From an uncultured Chloroflexia bacterium (lineage in GTDB: Bacteria > Chloroflexota > Anaerolineae > Anaerolineales > Villigracilaceae): a DNA stretch of 64,000 nt. The number at the start of each line of letters is the position of its first letter. Position 1 is the first letter of the stretch. The notes under the pieces were generated by a model. That model did not search any database and was not told the origin of the DNA. It was given only the letters and a program-made list of their open reading frames with translations. The translations under genes were made by a program, and so were the position numbers. Below are positions 29,590 through 39,441 of this stretch, piece by piece. The DNA is taken from NCBI GenBank assembly GCA_963782565.1, contig CAWAKH010000002.1, positions 1,356 to 65,355 on the forward strand, given 5' to 3'.

Positions 29590-30744
29590 ATGCGCTTTGA
29601 ATTTGCCAGCGCCACACGGATCGTTTTTGGCCGGGGGACGGTCAGGGAACTGGTTCCCGCCGCGCAATCGTTCGGAAAACGAGCCCTGATCGTCCATGGA
29701 AAGTCCGGCCGCGGGACGGCTAGATGGATCGAGCAGCTCACCCAGGAAGGCGTTTCTGTATTAGAGTTCCATGTCTCAGGAGAGCCAACGGTCGAGGTTG
29801 TTGAAGCCGGCCTGGAGCAAGCCCGGGACCACCACAGTGAACTTGTGATTAGCCTCGGTGGTGGAAGTGTCATAGACGCCGGAAAAGCCATCGCCGCGTT
29901 ACTCACCAATCCCGGACAGATTTATGATTATCTCGAGGTGGTCGGGAAGGGTAAGCCACTGACCAACCCCTCTGTACCCTATATTGCCATTCCAACAACT
30001 GCGGGTACCGGTTCAGAGGTGACACGCAATGCCGTTATTACTGTGGCCGATCAGAGGGTCAAGGTCAGCTTGCGAAGCCCCTCGATGCTGCCGCGTCTGG
30101 CGATTGTCGACCCCGAGCTGGCTTTTGGCCTGCCTCCTGAAATCACGGCCTTTACGGGGCTCGATGCACTTACACAGCTGATCGAACCATTTTTGTCAAA
30201 TGCAGCCAATCCGATGACTGACGCCCTCTGCCGCGAGGGGATGCGTTACGCTGCCCGGTCTTTGCGGCGGGCGCACGATCATGGTGACGACCCGGAGGCC
30301 CGCGAAGACATGGCCCTCGCCAGCCTGTTGGGTGGCCTGGCGCTGGCTAACGCAAAGCTCGGCGCGGTGCATGGGTTTGCCGGTCCCATCGGCGGAATGT
30401 TCCCGGCTCCGCATGGCGCTATTTGCGCCCGTTTGTTGCCTTTGGTTGTGGAAAGCAACTTGAAAGCAATCAGGAGCAGAGCAGCCCAAGCATCAACTCT
30501 TGATCGGTTCATCGAAATGAGCCGGCTGCTTACGGGAGATCAAAACGCTCCGGCCGAAGATGGAATTAGGTGGTTGCATAAGCTGTGTACAGCGCTAAAA
30601 GTTCCACCGCTTGCCGCCTATGGGGTAACAGGCTCGGATTTCCCCGAAATTGTCCGCCAGGCAAAGAGGGCAAGCAGCATGAAGGGGAATCCCGTTGAAC
30701 TGCTGGACAGTGAGCTAACCGGGATCCTTGATCTGGCGTTATAG
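29590..30744 (+). CDS. Iron-containing (group III) alcohol dehydrogenase
   Basis: GGGSVIDAGKAIA and PTTAGTGSEVT motifs, plus metal-binding His contexts (GAVHGFAGPIGG, PHGAICA). Confidence 0.85.
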   Translation: MRFEFASATRIVFGRGTVRELVPAAQSFGKRALIVHGKSGRGTARWIEQLTQEGVSVLEFHVSGEPTVEVVEAGLEQARDHHSELVISLGGGSVIDAGKAIAALLTNPGQIYDYLEVVGKGKPLTNPSVPYIAIPTTAGTGSEVTRNAVITVADQRVKVSLRSPSMLPRLAIVDPELAFGLPPEITAFTGLDALTQLIEPFLSNAANPMTDALCREGMRYAARSLRRAHDHGDDPEAREDMALASLLGGLALANAKLGAVHGFAGPIGGMFPAPHGAICARLLPLVVESNLKAIRSRAAQASTLDRFIEMSRLLTGDQNAPAEDGIRWLHKLCTALKVPPLAAYGVTGSDFPEIVRQAKRASSMKGNPVELLDSELTGILDLAL

Positions 30745-30832
30745 AGAACAAAGAAAGTAATCGGCTGTCTGGGCCCGGAAAACCGCACCTGTTTGGGAAC
30801 CATTTTTTGCTGAGTGGGGTATTATTCTCGAG

Positions 30833-31408
30833 GTGCAATCCGGAGAGAAATTGGATGAATCAGCGCTGATCCAACGCGCCATGCAGGGCGATAGGGCGGC
30901 CTGGGAACCGCTCATGCTGGCCTATCAGGAACCGGTCTTTCGTCTGGCCTATCTTCTGCTCGGCGATCCTGATGAGGCGGAAGATGTGGCCCAGGAAACC
31001 TTTTTACGCGCCTGGAATAATTTGCAGCGCTTTGATCTAACTCGCCCTCTGCGTCCCTGGCTCCTGCGCATCACTTCAAATTTGGCACACAACCACCAGC
31101 GCACGGCCGCGCGATACCTCAACACTCTATTGCAGACGTTTCGCACGGAGACACCTCGGCCGGGTGTTGAGGAGATTAGCGCGCAGGGTATGGAGGCCCG
31201 GCAACTCTGGAATGCGGTGCAACGGCTGAACACGCGCGATCAGCAAATCGTCTACCTGCGCTATTTCTTCGATCTCTCGGTGGCGGAAACAGCCGAAGCT
31301 ATGCAAATCGCCCAAGGCACAGTCAAGTCCCGGTCGAATCGCGCGCTCGCCCGGTTGCGAACAGTCATCCAACGTGATTTCCCCATGCTGAAAGATGGAT
31401 CGCCATGA
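30833..31408 (+). CDS. ECF-type RNA polymerase sigma factor
   Basis: DAEDVAQETFLRAW, PWLLRITSNLAHNH, and a region 4 HTH (SVAETAEAMQIAQGTVKSRSNRAL). GTG start. Confidence 0.85.
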   Translation: MQSGEKLDESALIQRAMQGDRAAWEPLMLAYQEPVFRLAYLLLGDPDEAEDVAQETFLRAWNNLQRFDLTRPLRPWLLRITSNLAHNHQRTAARYLNTLLQTFRTETPRPGVEEISAQGMEARQLWNAVQRLNTRDQQIVYLRYFFDLSVAETAEAMQIAQGTVKSRSNRALARLRTVIQRDFPMLKDGSP

Positions 31409-32190
31409 TCAACAATCCGGAATCCAAACAGTTGGAAGAAAAGTTAAGAGAAGTCGGACGAAGTCTGGCTTATCCATCGACCCCGCCCATTGCCCAAAAG
31501 GTGGTATCCAGGCTGAACCAACCTATCCATAACCGCTTCTTTCGCGGACGCTGGGTTACCGTGGCGCTCGCCATGCTGATACTCGCCCTGGCCTTGATCC
31601 TCGTATCTCCCGCCCGAGCTGCGATCTTCAACTTCATCCAAATCGGTGTAGTGCGCATTTTTCAGACTCAGCCGGCCGCTGCGCCTACCCAAACTCTGGA
31701 GGCCCCGCTCACTGCGACTCCGATCGCGACTTTTCTTCCGTCCGTGCTTGACCTGGCAGGTGAAACAACCCTGGCAGGAGCGCAATCGCAGTTGAACTTT
31801 CCCATCTTGCTCCCGAGTTATCCCGTGGACCCCGGAAGGCCCGATCACATCTATGTGCAAGATGTAGGCAGCCCAATGCTGGTACTGGTTTGGATGGATC
31901 GTACGCATCCGGATAAGGTCCGCCTGAGTCTCGATGAAATCGAGCCTGGCTGGGCAGTCAGCAAGTCCAACCCGCGCCTGATCGAAGAGACCACTGTCAA
32001 TGGTCAACCTGCCGTGTGGGCCGTGGGCCCCTACCTGCTCCAAATCTCCAACTCCGATTATGTAATAGAGCGATTGGTCCAGGGCGATGTCTTGATCTGG
32101 ACCCAGGGGGAGACAACCTATCGTCTCGAAACCGACTTGAGCCTGGAAGAGGCCATCAAGATCGCCGAGTCCCTCCAACCAGTCCGCTAA
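31405..32190 (+). CDS. Single-pass membrane protein, probable cognate anti-sigma factor (DUF4367-like extracytoplasmic domain)
   Basis: ATGA overlap with the sigma gene. One TM helix (WVTVALAMLILALALILV). The C-terminal domain pattern (TVNGQPAVW..., GETTYRLETDLSLEEAIKIAESL) is as in DUF4367 proteins. Confidence 0.5.
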   Translation: MINNPESKQLEEKLREVGRSLAYPSTPPIAQKVVSRLNQPIHNRFFRGRWVTVALAMLILALALILVSPARAAIFNFIQIGVVRIFQTQPAAAPTQTLEAPLTATPIATFLPSVLDLAGETTLAGAQSQLNFPILLPSYPVDPGRPDHIYVQDVGSPMLVLVWMDRTHPDKVRLSLDEIEPGWAVSKSNPRLIEETTVNGQPAVWAVGPYLLQISNSDYVIERLVQGDVLIWTQGETTYRLETDLSLEEAIKIAESLQPVR

Positions 32191-32253
32191 CGGAACCGTT
32201 TTGCAGCCTGTGGTGCATAAGTATGAATTTGCTGTTTGCCAAAGGAGGCATGA

Positions 32254-33467
32254 ATGTTATCGCGAATAGGAATCGCGTTGGTTCTCACTCTTAGCGTACT
32301 ATTGACGGCCTGCGCTCGGGCAACGACCGTGTCAACTCCGATCCCGTCATCGCCGCAGCCGACCTTGCCGCCCGCGAAGCCGGTTTCCACTTCTGAGCCC
32401 GTTGGCGTGGGCGTGCCGGCGATTGAATACGTAAATCAAGCGAATAAGCTGCTTGTTATTTCATCGATAACGGGCAAGGCATTGGATGCATTTACTCCCA
32501 TTCCACTCGGAGGAAGCTATTCCTATATATTTGTGCCCCGGACGGACATACATTGGCTGTTGTTTCCGACGGCCAGCTTTATTTGATCGCTTTGCCGTCC
32601 TGGAAATACCACACTTTCCAGTTGGGTATCTATGGTTGGTGGTTAAGTTCGCTAGTCTACAGCCCTGACGGGACGCTGCTCGCGCTGGCGGGAAACGGCC
32701 CCACCGGCGACCTCATGATCGTGGACGCCAAAAATGGGGAGGTCAAGGCCCGCGCGCAGGCAGGCTTCTCGATCAGGAATATCGAGTTCACAGCCGATGC
32801 GAAGACGATCATGCTTTATGGGCCCCAGCTTGCCAGCACCGGGGATGCTGCAAATGCCGGGGTCAGCGCCGGTGCGCCTAAAGCAGAATTGTTGAACATT
32901 CCAGATCTAAGCGTGCTCTGGTCTGTCAAATTGAACGGCGTTCGTGATGGCACTTTTCCAAAACAGGCGGGCATCGAAAATACGGAGCTTATTTATCAAC
33001 CGGGCGAGGCCTGGCATTTCCAGCCAGGAATCGCGTTAGATCCAAATCATGGGCTGCTCTATGTTGTCCACGGCGATGAAGATAAATTGACGAAGGTTGA
33101 TTTCAGCCATCGAAAAGTAAGCACACTGACTATACAGGTAAAAACAACCTGGCTCGATCAACTTCTGGGGCTCACCGCGGGTGTTGTCTATGCGAAAGGC
33201 ATGGACGGGACCACCAAGCAGGCAGTCATCTCAGCAGACGGAAAGTTCCTTTTTGTGACGGGTAATACGGAGGCCGTCACCCTGCCAACGAATAATAGTG
33301 ACTTGAGCATAACAGATACCCCCACCGGTATGGAAGTAATCGGAACCCAGGATGGCGCCTTGGTCGATAAAATTGATACGAAAGCAATTTCGGCGACGCT
33401 ATCGCCCAATGGCAAACAGGTTCTGCTGACGGGCTGGAATAACAACACCAGCTACGCCACACCCTAG
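32254..33467 (+). pseudogene. Lipoprotein with beta-propeller-like repeats, split by a frameshift near 32533-32535
   Basis: Frame 1 holds the lipobox (LLTACA), a Pro-rich linker and ...GGSYSYIF. Frame 2 continues APDGHTLAVVSDGQLYLIALPS...YSPDGTLLALAG. Repeated (S/A)PDG(x)xL strands are typical of WD40/YVTN-like blades. Confidence 0.55.
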
Positions 33468-33848
33468 ACGGATGTTTATGACATCGCATCCGGGAGCATC
33501 GTCAAACACCTCGATGATATAGCTCTGACCCCGACGCGCCGCATGGATACATCTCGCCCGCGATCAGTGACACTGTATCTCGCTGATAGCCGTAATCAGC
33601 GATTGGAAAGCCGGATGTATTGACTGGTTGGTGAACCCGCCAGCCCGGTAGCTGACTTGGCCTGGCTGTCAACTGCCCTTCATGGGCCGACCAGAAGCTA
33701 TGCCGGTCAGCGCAGTGGAAAAGGAAGATGCCGGTGATTAACGTTAACCACTACTCCAGAGTTGAGAAGTGGCGGCAACTTCTGCTCATCCACCCCTGGT
33801 AGCTTATACGAAATCGTGTGGCTTTGGTTATTACAGTGAGGCTACCCG

Positions 33849-35054
33849 TTACCAGGGGAACTGCCTGCTTTGTCTACCCGTCCGTTCGGAATGTAGTTGA
33901 AGCCAACGCATAATATCACGGCGGCGCAGCATCCCAACCAGCGCCCCATCCTGGACCACAGGCATCTGATTGACATCCCGCAGCGCCAGTTGTTTAAGCG
34001 CATCACTGGCTTCTTCGGTCGGCTTGGCAAGAACTAATTGGTTTGCCGGGGTCATCACTTCGTTTACTATAGCGGTGTCCCAGCGTTCACGCGGTACTTT
34101 GCGCACATCCTCTATACAGACAATGCCTGTCAGGCGACCATTATCCATTACCGGGAAAGCGTGCTCATCGGTACCCATGATGTGATCATGGACTAACGCA
34201 CTGACCGAGATATTCGACGAAACAGTCGGGACATTCGTGCGCATGACCTGGGCTATCGGCACACCCTCTAGCACATCTTCGACCACAACTTGTCGATAGC
34301 TTTGTATTGCGGCGTTGTTCAGGAACCACCCGATGAATGCTAGCCACAGGCCATCGATAAAGCCCGATCCCAGGAAGGGGATGGAAAGGCCAAATATCAT
34401 CGAAATCCCGGCGAGGATAAAAGCCCAGGCGACGAGTTGTCCGACCCATGAAGCCCATTGGGTAGCCTGGCGCAGGTTTCTGTTCACCGCCCAAATGATC
34501 GAGCGCAGCACGCGCCCTCCATCCAGCGGAAAGCCAGGGATCAGATTAAAAATGCCGAGAATTATGTTGATGGGTCCAAGCCAAAGGAGCAGCGTGGAGA
34601 ATGGACCAAGTCGCGCCAGGGCCTGAAGCGGATTCCCGGCGATGACATCCAAGCCTGCCGCCATGGCACCACTCAGGAAAAGAAAAATCACCCCGAGCCC
34701 GATGCTTGTGAGCGGACCGACGATGGCCATCACGAACTCGACACCTGGAGAAGAGGGCTCGCGTTGAATATTGGAGACGCCGCCGAAGAGGAACAGTCTG
34801 ATATCACGAACAGGGATGCCGTTCGCTTTCGCCACAAGCGAATGTGAGAGTTCGTGCGCCAGCACCGAGGCGAAAAAGAGAAGCGAGGCAACGAGCGCCG
34901 TGCCCCACACCAGCCCGAGTCCCCAATCTGGGTGCAGTTGGGGAAATACTCCTGCTGCCAAGTCCCATAATACGAGAACGAAGATGAAAATCCAGCTCCA
35001 GTCAATGAAGATGTTGATGCCAAAGATTTTCCCGATGCGTAGTCCAGTTTGCAT
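33849..35054 (-). CDS. Site-2 protease family (M50) zinc metalloprotease with tandem CBS domains
   Basis: HELSHSL (HExxH) in a TM helix, the second metal-ligand region (NLIPGFPLDGGRVL), and a C-terminal CBS pair. Confidence 0.85.
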   Translation of the reverse strand: MQTGLRIGKIFGINIFIDWSWIFIFVLVLWDLAAGVFPQLHPDWGLGLVWGTALVASLLFFASVLAHELSHSLVAKANGIPVRDIRLFLFGGVSNIQREPSSPGVEFVMAIVGPLTSIGLGVIFLFLSGAMAAGLDVIAGNPLQALARLGPFSTLLLWLGPINIILGIFNLIPGFPLDGGRVLRSIIWAVNRNLRQATQWASWVGQLVAWAFILAGISMIFGLSIPFLGSGFIDGLWLAFIGWFLNNAAIQSYRQVVVEDVLEGVPIAQVMRTNVPTVSSNISVSALVHDHIMGTDEHAFPVMDNGRLTGIVCIEDVRKVPRERWDTAIVNEVMTPANQLVLAKPTEEASDALKQLALRDVNQMPVVQDGALVGMLRRRDIMRWLQLHSERTGRQSRQFPW

Positions 35055-35186
35055 AGCCTATGTTCTCCACAATTCGCCAAAGCTCAATACTAGCATAAAA
35101 TCAGACCTCTCTCAAGCTGCAACCTTTGCCCGTTGCCCATCTGCTTCTTATTCATCAGCTCTTAGTATCAGGCCTGCACGCCAACT

Positions 35187-36251
35187 TCAGATATTAACCG
35201 TCTGACCGGACCGGGGTTCGCCCAGCTTCCCGTTCCGGGCGGCCACGATCTGTCCCATCACCGCTAACGCGATCTCCTCGGGCGTGCGTGCGCCGATCTC
35301 GAGACCAATAGGTCCGCACAGTCGATTCAACTGCGCCTCACTCAGGCCCTCACCCAACAGGCGTTGACAACGCTTGGCCTGAGTAGTGCGACTACCCAAC
35401 GCACCCACATAAAACGCAGGGCTCGGTAAAGCAATTTTCAAGGCGGGATCATCCAACTTGGGATCATGTGTGAGCATGGCAACCGCCGTAGAGCGGTTAA
35501 TTTGGATCTTTTGAAACGCTTCCTGGGGCCAGGCTTGTATGAGTTGATCTACATGCGGGAATCTCTCAACGCTTCCAAACGCCTCACGCGGATCGATAAC
35601 TACCGTGCGATAACCAAGCGTCTTAGCCAATTCCATCAGGGCAATAGTGATATGGACGCCCCCAACCGCAATAAGAGTGGGCGACGGAAGGATCACATCC
35701 AGGAAAACCTCAATCTCTTCATCCAGTGGGGCGCGACGAGATACCCCTTGCGCGAGCGCCTCTTTCGCCACCATCATTGCCTTCTTATTCAATTCGTCAT
35801 CCAGGCTGCCCGTAAAAGAGCCGTCATCGCGAACCAGTATTTCGCGACCCAGCAGGTCGTCTGGGGCGCGCACGATGGTTACGATGACCACCGGATGATC
35901 GTCCACTACCTCAGCGCGCAGCGCCCGGAATAATGCCGGATCGAGCGGCTTTACGAAAATATCGATGGTTCCGCCACAAGCAAGACCCACGTCCCAGGCC
36001 GTTTCGTCGGCTATGCCAAAATGCAGCAGCTTCGGGTGCCGCGATTTCAGGGCCTCCACCCCGGCCTCGAATACAGCCCCCTCTACACAACCACCGCTCA
36101 CAGAACCGGTGATCTTGCCATCGGGCGTGAGCGCCATTTTTGCGCCTGCCGCACGCGGTGACGATCCCCAGGTTTGGATCACGGTGGCCAGCGCAATCGA
36201 TTCATTTTTATCTGCATGCCAATTCTCAAGGTCAGGCAGGATCTCGCGCAT
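35187..36251 (-). CDS. XdhC/CoxF-family molybdenum-hydroxylase accessory protein
   Basis: The N-terminal XdhC_CoxI motif (ALATVIQTWGSSPRAAGAKMAL..GSVSGGCVE) and the C-terminal Rossmann-like part (LIAVGGVHI..., PIGLEIGARTPEEIALAV). GGAGG precedes the ATG at 36251. Confidence 0.8.
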   Translation of the reverse strand: MREILPDLENWHADKNESIALATVIQTWGSSPRAAGAKMALTPDGKITGSVSGGCVEGAVFEAGVEALKSRHPKLLHFGIADETAWDVGLACGGTIDIFVKPLDPALFRALRAEVVDDHPVVIVTIVRAPDDLLGREILVRDDGSFTGSLDDELNKKAMMVAKEALAQGVSRRAPLDEEIEVFLDVILPSPTLIAVGGVHITIALMELAKTLGYRTVVIDPREAFGSVERFPHVDQLIQAWPQEAFQKIQINRSTAVAMLTHDPKLDDPALKIALPSPAFYVGALGSRTTQAKRCQRLLGEGLSEAQLNRLCGPIGLEIGARTPEEIALAVMGQIVAARNGKLGEPRSGQTVNI

Positions 36252-36700
36252 GATTGCCTCCATTAGGCCGACGATCGATATCGGCCAGCCCGTTCGCTAA
36301 ATCTTCAGGACTTGCCAGGTTATGCACCGGCAGAAAATAGTCATTGTGTGGCAGGGCGGCCTGGATGCCGCGCGTCGAGCGGTTCATAATCAGGCGTCCC
36401 AAGCAGCGGATTCAACCAGATGAGCCGATGAGCAGTTGCGTTTCAGGCGTGCCATCTCTAGCTTCAGAAGGTCCACGTCATCTTTTCCCGTTGAGCAACT
36501 TATACCGACGTGCGACCAAGTGCGCGCAGTTCTTCGAGATCTTGCTCTGTAATGGCTTGCCTTTACGCAGCGGCGCAGACCATTTGCCCGCCAGTCTTAT
36601 AACCGAGGATCTTCCCTTTCGCTTCCAAGAGAGATGCTGGCTCGAACTTCGTCAAATCTCTATTGACAACCGGGTACGTATAAGATCAACGAGGAGAGGG
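36232..36700 (-). pseudogene. Truncated, multiply frameshifted remnant of a CoxE-like vWA protein
   Basis: Three different frames carry consecutive pieces of the conserved CoxE C-terminus: GKDDVDLLKLEMARLKRNC, then HRLIWLNPLLGTPDYEPL, then RGIQAALPHNDYFLPVHNLASPEDL. Upstream there are further stops, and only about 160 codons of space versus roughly 380-400 aa, as I recall, for intact homologues. Confidence 0.55.
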
Positions 36701-36718
36701 CTTACTCGTGCAGGCGGC

Positions 36719-37177
36719 CTATGCATTCTCGGACTGGGCCTCGATTTTTTTGCGAACCTGTTCGTAAAAAACGCCGGCAAGTTTTTCAGACACGGGTACC
36801 ATAAGTCGGGATGCCAGGCTTGCCAACTGGCCCCCAACGGTTACGTCGGCAGTCCAATTTACCAGGGTCGCTCCATCGGGTCCATCACTCAGGTTCATTT
36901 CGCTTACAGCGTCAGCAACGCTTCCGGAGGCTAAACCGTGCGCTTTTAGCTTTGCATGATTGGGTTCGTCCAGCTCGAGGATATCCACCTCGCCCGAAAA
37001 GCGAGCCTTCACAGCCCCCAAACCAACAGAGACAATTCCGCGATACTTCTTCAACGGTTCGACCATCTCGATCTTCTCCACGCCTGGGACACATTGCCCG
37101 ATTTGTTCCGGATCGGTCATGAAATCCCAAACCCGTTTTCTCGAACCGCGGATTATGACTTCGCCTTTTAATCGCAT
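36719..37177 (-). CDS. CoxG-like SRPBCC-fold protein (carbon monoxide dehydrogenase subunit G family)
   Basis: MRLKGEVIIRGSRKRVWDFMTDPEQIGQCVPGVEKIE..., GLGAVKARFSGEVDI, GGQLASLASRLM are the typical CoxG pattern. Confidence 0.8.
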   Translation of the reverse strand: MRLKGEVIIRGSRKRVWDFMTDPEQIGQCVPGVEKIEMVEPLKKYRGIVSVGLGAVKARFSGEVDILELDEPNHAKLKAHGLASGSVADAVSEMNLSDGPDGATLVNWTADVTVGGQLASLASRLMVPVSEKLAGVFYEQVRKKIEAQSENA

Positions 37178-37242
37178 GTTGTTTTCCTCTTTGAAAAGAA
37201 CACCCGCCGCCGCACAATGGTTCACATTTTGGACGATTCAGG

Positions 37243-37440
37243 CTACACGCATTCTTGCGGCCCTTTCTCAATAGAGCGTTTGCATCCCGAGGAGCAAAAG
37301 CAATAAGCCGTTTCTGCATGCTCAGTGGTGAAATGCGCAGTGGCCATTTTGGCCATCATGTCGCAGACCGGGTGCTTTGCCTCCGCTGGGCAATCAGGAA
37401 AGACCTGTTGATATGACTGCGAACCCGTGAGTGGTAAGGT
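37243..37440 (-). other. Open frame encoding a YHS/TRASH-like metal-binding domain without an obvious start codon (small gene or remnant)
   Basis: Reads ...HPVCDMMAKMATAHFTTEHAETAYCFCSSGCKRSIEKGPQECV-TAG. This matches the YHS pattern PVCGM..(x)..YYFCS.GCK..F. The only in-frame ATGs lie inside the domain, and the usual Gly after PVC is Asp. Confidence 0.35.
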
Positions 37441-37588
37441 ATTCGATGCTGGCGGCAGAGTTTGATGATCTCAGCCCGAATGCTCAGGGCAATCTCTTCG
37501 GGGATTATCGAGCCGGGGTCCCGCCTGCGATCAGAGCGAAATATAGTGCCTGGGATGGAAGACCCGCTTCAAGAATGTTTTCGGTCAT
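37430..37588 (-). pseudogene. Frameshifted C-terminal fragment of a second XdhC-family gene
   Basis: MTENILEAGLPSQALYFALIAGGTPAR-stop, then in another frame IPEEIALSIRAEIIKL. It parallels LLGEGLSEAQLNRLCGPIGLEIGARTPEEIALAVMGQIV of the intact XdhC at 35187-36251. Confidence 0.4.
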
Positions 37589-37957
37589 GCTACGGCAAAA
37601 TGTTTCTGCTCTACCGCACATTCAGTTTGAATGTAATTCCACCTTTCTATTTTATTTATTTCGACCAATAACGTCAACATTAGGAAACCCTTCACAATAC
37701 TATGGTTCTGTTCTGCTTGCACGGGGTGAATCGGGCAACTGGCTGAGACTCGCAGGAGAGGTTGACCATGCCTTGGCCAAAAAGCCCCGACTTTTCCCCC
37801 GCCTTAGCCCAACCATACTTGGAAACTTACTGACAGGCCCTCCGCATACATTCGACCCATCGCCGCCCCTTTCAATCGCTCAACTGTTACTCCGAATAAA
37901 CCTGCACATTATCTAATCCATTTTTAATGCAATCGGTTATAGAATACCTCGTCTTAT

Positions 37958-39358
37958 ATGAACACTTTGAATGGGATGCAAACAGAGCTCACGAACTGGA
38001 GCAAAACTGCACGCTCACAATGTTATGTGTACCGGGTAAGCGATACACGTGGAATAGCCAGGGCTTTAGAAGCCGCACGGGCGCATCGCCTTTCGGTGAT
38101 TCCACAAGGTGCCGGCCACAGCTATACCGATGCGGCCCTTAATACTGGGGGAATAGTGCTTGATGTTACTGCGATGCGAAAGATTCTCTCCTGGGATCCT
38201 GTCCGAGGCCTCATACGCGTAGAACCTGGGGTTACTCTGCGGGAGATCGTACAGGTTTGCCTTAAAGATGGCTGGTGGCCCTTTGTCTCGCCATCCACTC
38301 CAGACGTCACAATTGGCGGTTGTGCGGCCATGAACGTCAACGGAAAGAATGCCTGGAAATGCGATCCGTTTGGCGGATACATACTCTCACTGGAGATCCT
38401 GCTCGCCACCGGTGAAGCATGCACGCTCCTACGGGAACGTGATGCAGAACTCTTTCGCGCCTTCGTTGGAAGTATGGGATTATTGGGCGTCATCACGGCG
38501 ATCACAGTTCAGCTTCAAAAGATCCCGTCCGGATACGTCACCGTTTCGAGTCGTTCTGCCGGCTCATTGGGCGAAATCCTGGCCATGTTTGCCGAGGAAG
38601 AAGACAACAGCGATTTCATGGAAGCCTGGATGGATGGGTACGCCACACGACAGACGCTCGGGCGGGGCAATATAACGTGTGCAAAGATGAATAAATCCAG
38701 CGCCCCAATGCCCTCCGTTATGGAAAAGCCGGGCCGGCTTGGCCGCCTCGAAACGCCCGTCATCAACCTGGCGGCATGGCTGGTCCGGCCATTCCTTGTG
38801 CCGGGTGCGCAAATTGCAAACCGCGCCAATTATTGGTGGCACACGAGAAGCCAAAAAAAGCCGGGGCAGCAGGCTCTCATCCCTTTTACGTATTGGCCTT
38901 CGACCTCCTTTACCGCTTATCACGCGATGTTTCCGGAGGGCGTTGAGACTTTCCATGCTTTCGTTCCCAGACAGCTCGCAAAAGATATTTTCGAGCAAGT
39001 TTTACGCTACTCTCAACAGCAGGGGTGCATGCCGGTTTGGTGCGTCATCAAGCAGCACCGGCGCGATCCTTTTTTGTTGAGCTATCAAGTGGATGGATTT
39101 TCGCTGGAGCTCAACTATCAGCGCACCTGTGAGAGATCCCCAACATTGCAGCGTGTGCTTCAGCATATGATCGCAACTGTTATCGAGGCCGGAGGCCGGT
39201 TTTATCTCGCCAAGGACCATTTTCTAACCTCCGGCCAATATCGCCAAAGCGTTGGAGACGAGGCCGTTGACACGTTTCTTCGCCTCAAGCAACGCTATGA
39301 CCCCGAAAGCATGCTCCAATCTGATCTCTTTCGCCGCGTGTTCCTGGCATCCCCTTAG
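37958..39358 (+). CDS. FAD-binding oxidoreductase (PCMH/FAD_binding_4 type, DprE1-like)
   Basis: IPQGAGHSYTDAALNTGGIVLDV and GGCAAMNVNGKN motifs. 466 aa. Confidence 0.75.
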   Translation: MNTLNGMQTELTNWSKTARSQCYVYRVSDTRGIARALEAARAHRLSVIPQGAGHSYTDAALNTGGIVLDVTAMRKILSWDPVRGLIRVEPGVTLREIVQVCLKDGWWPFVSPSTPDVTIGGCAAMNVNGKNAWKCDPFGGYILSLEILLATGEACTLLRERDAELFRAFVGSMGLLGVITAITVQLQKIPSGYVTVSSRSAGSLGEILAMFAEEEDNSDFMEAWMDGYATRQTLGRGNITCAKMNKSSAPMPSVMEKPGRLGRLETPVINLAAWLVRPFLVPGAQIANRANYWWHTRSQKKPGQQALIPFTYWPSTSFTAYHAMFPEGVETFHAFVPRQLAKDIFEQVLRYSQQQGCMPVWCVIKQHRRDPFLLSYQVDGFSLELNYQRTCERSPTLQRVLQHMIATVIEAGGRFYLAKDHFLTSGQYRQSVGDEAVDTFLRLKQRYDPESMLQSDLFRRVFLASP

Positions 39359-39441
39359 CAGGAGAAAAATTTAGCCGTCACTCATTTATTCCAATGAGGA
39401 AGCAACCAATGGCTTCATTTTTTACGTGATGGCATAAAGGA

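Noticed and set aside
31444-32178. ORF 31444-32178(-), 244 aa
   Set aside because: It is antisense to the sigma-coupled membrane protein. It has no motifs, and the plus-strand ORF has a TM helix and ATGA coupling.
6370-33467. Possible TAG recoding (e.g. pyrrolysine), because in-frame TAGs occur in the kinase remnant and possibly after the propeller gene
   Set aside because: TAG serves as the ordinary stop of several intact genes here (ends at 1186, 2810, 4104, 8388). No pyl genes or methylamine methyltransferases are present. Nonsense mutation is the simpler explanation.
36344-36934. ORF 36344-36934(+), 196 aa
   Set aside because: It lies opposite the coxE-like remnant and coxG. It stays open only because the minus-strand gene remnants are GC-rich, and it has no recognisable domain.
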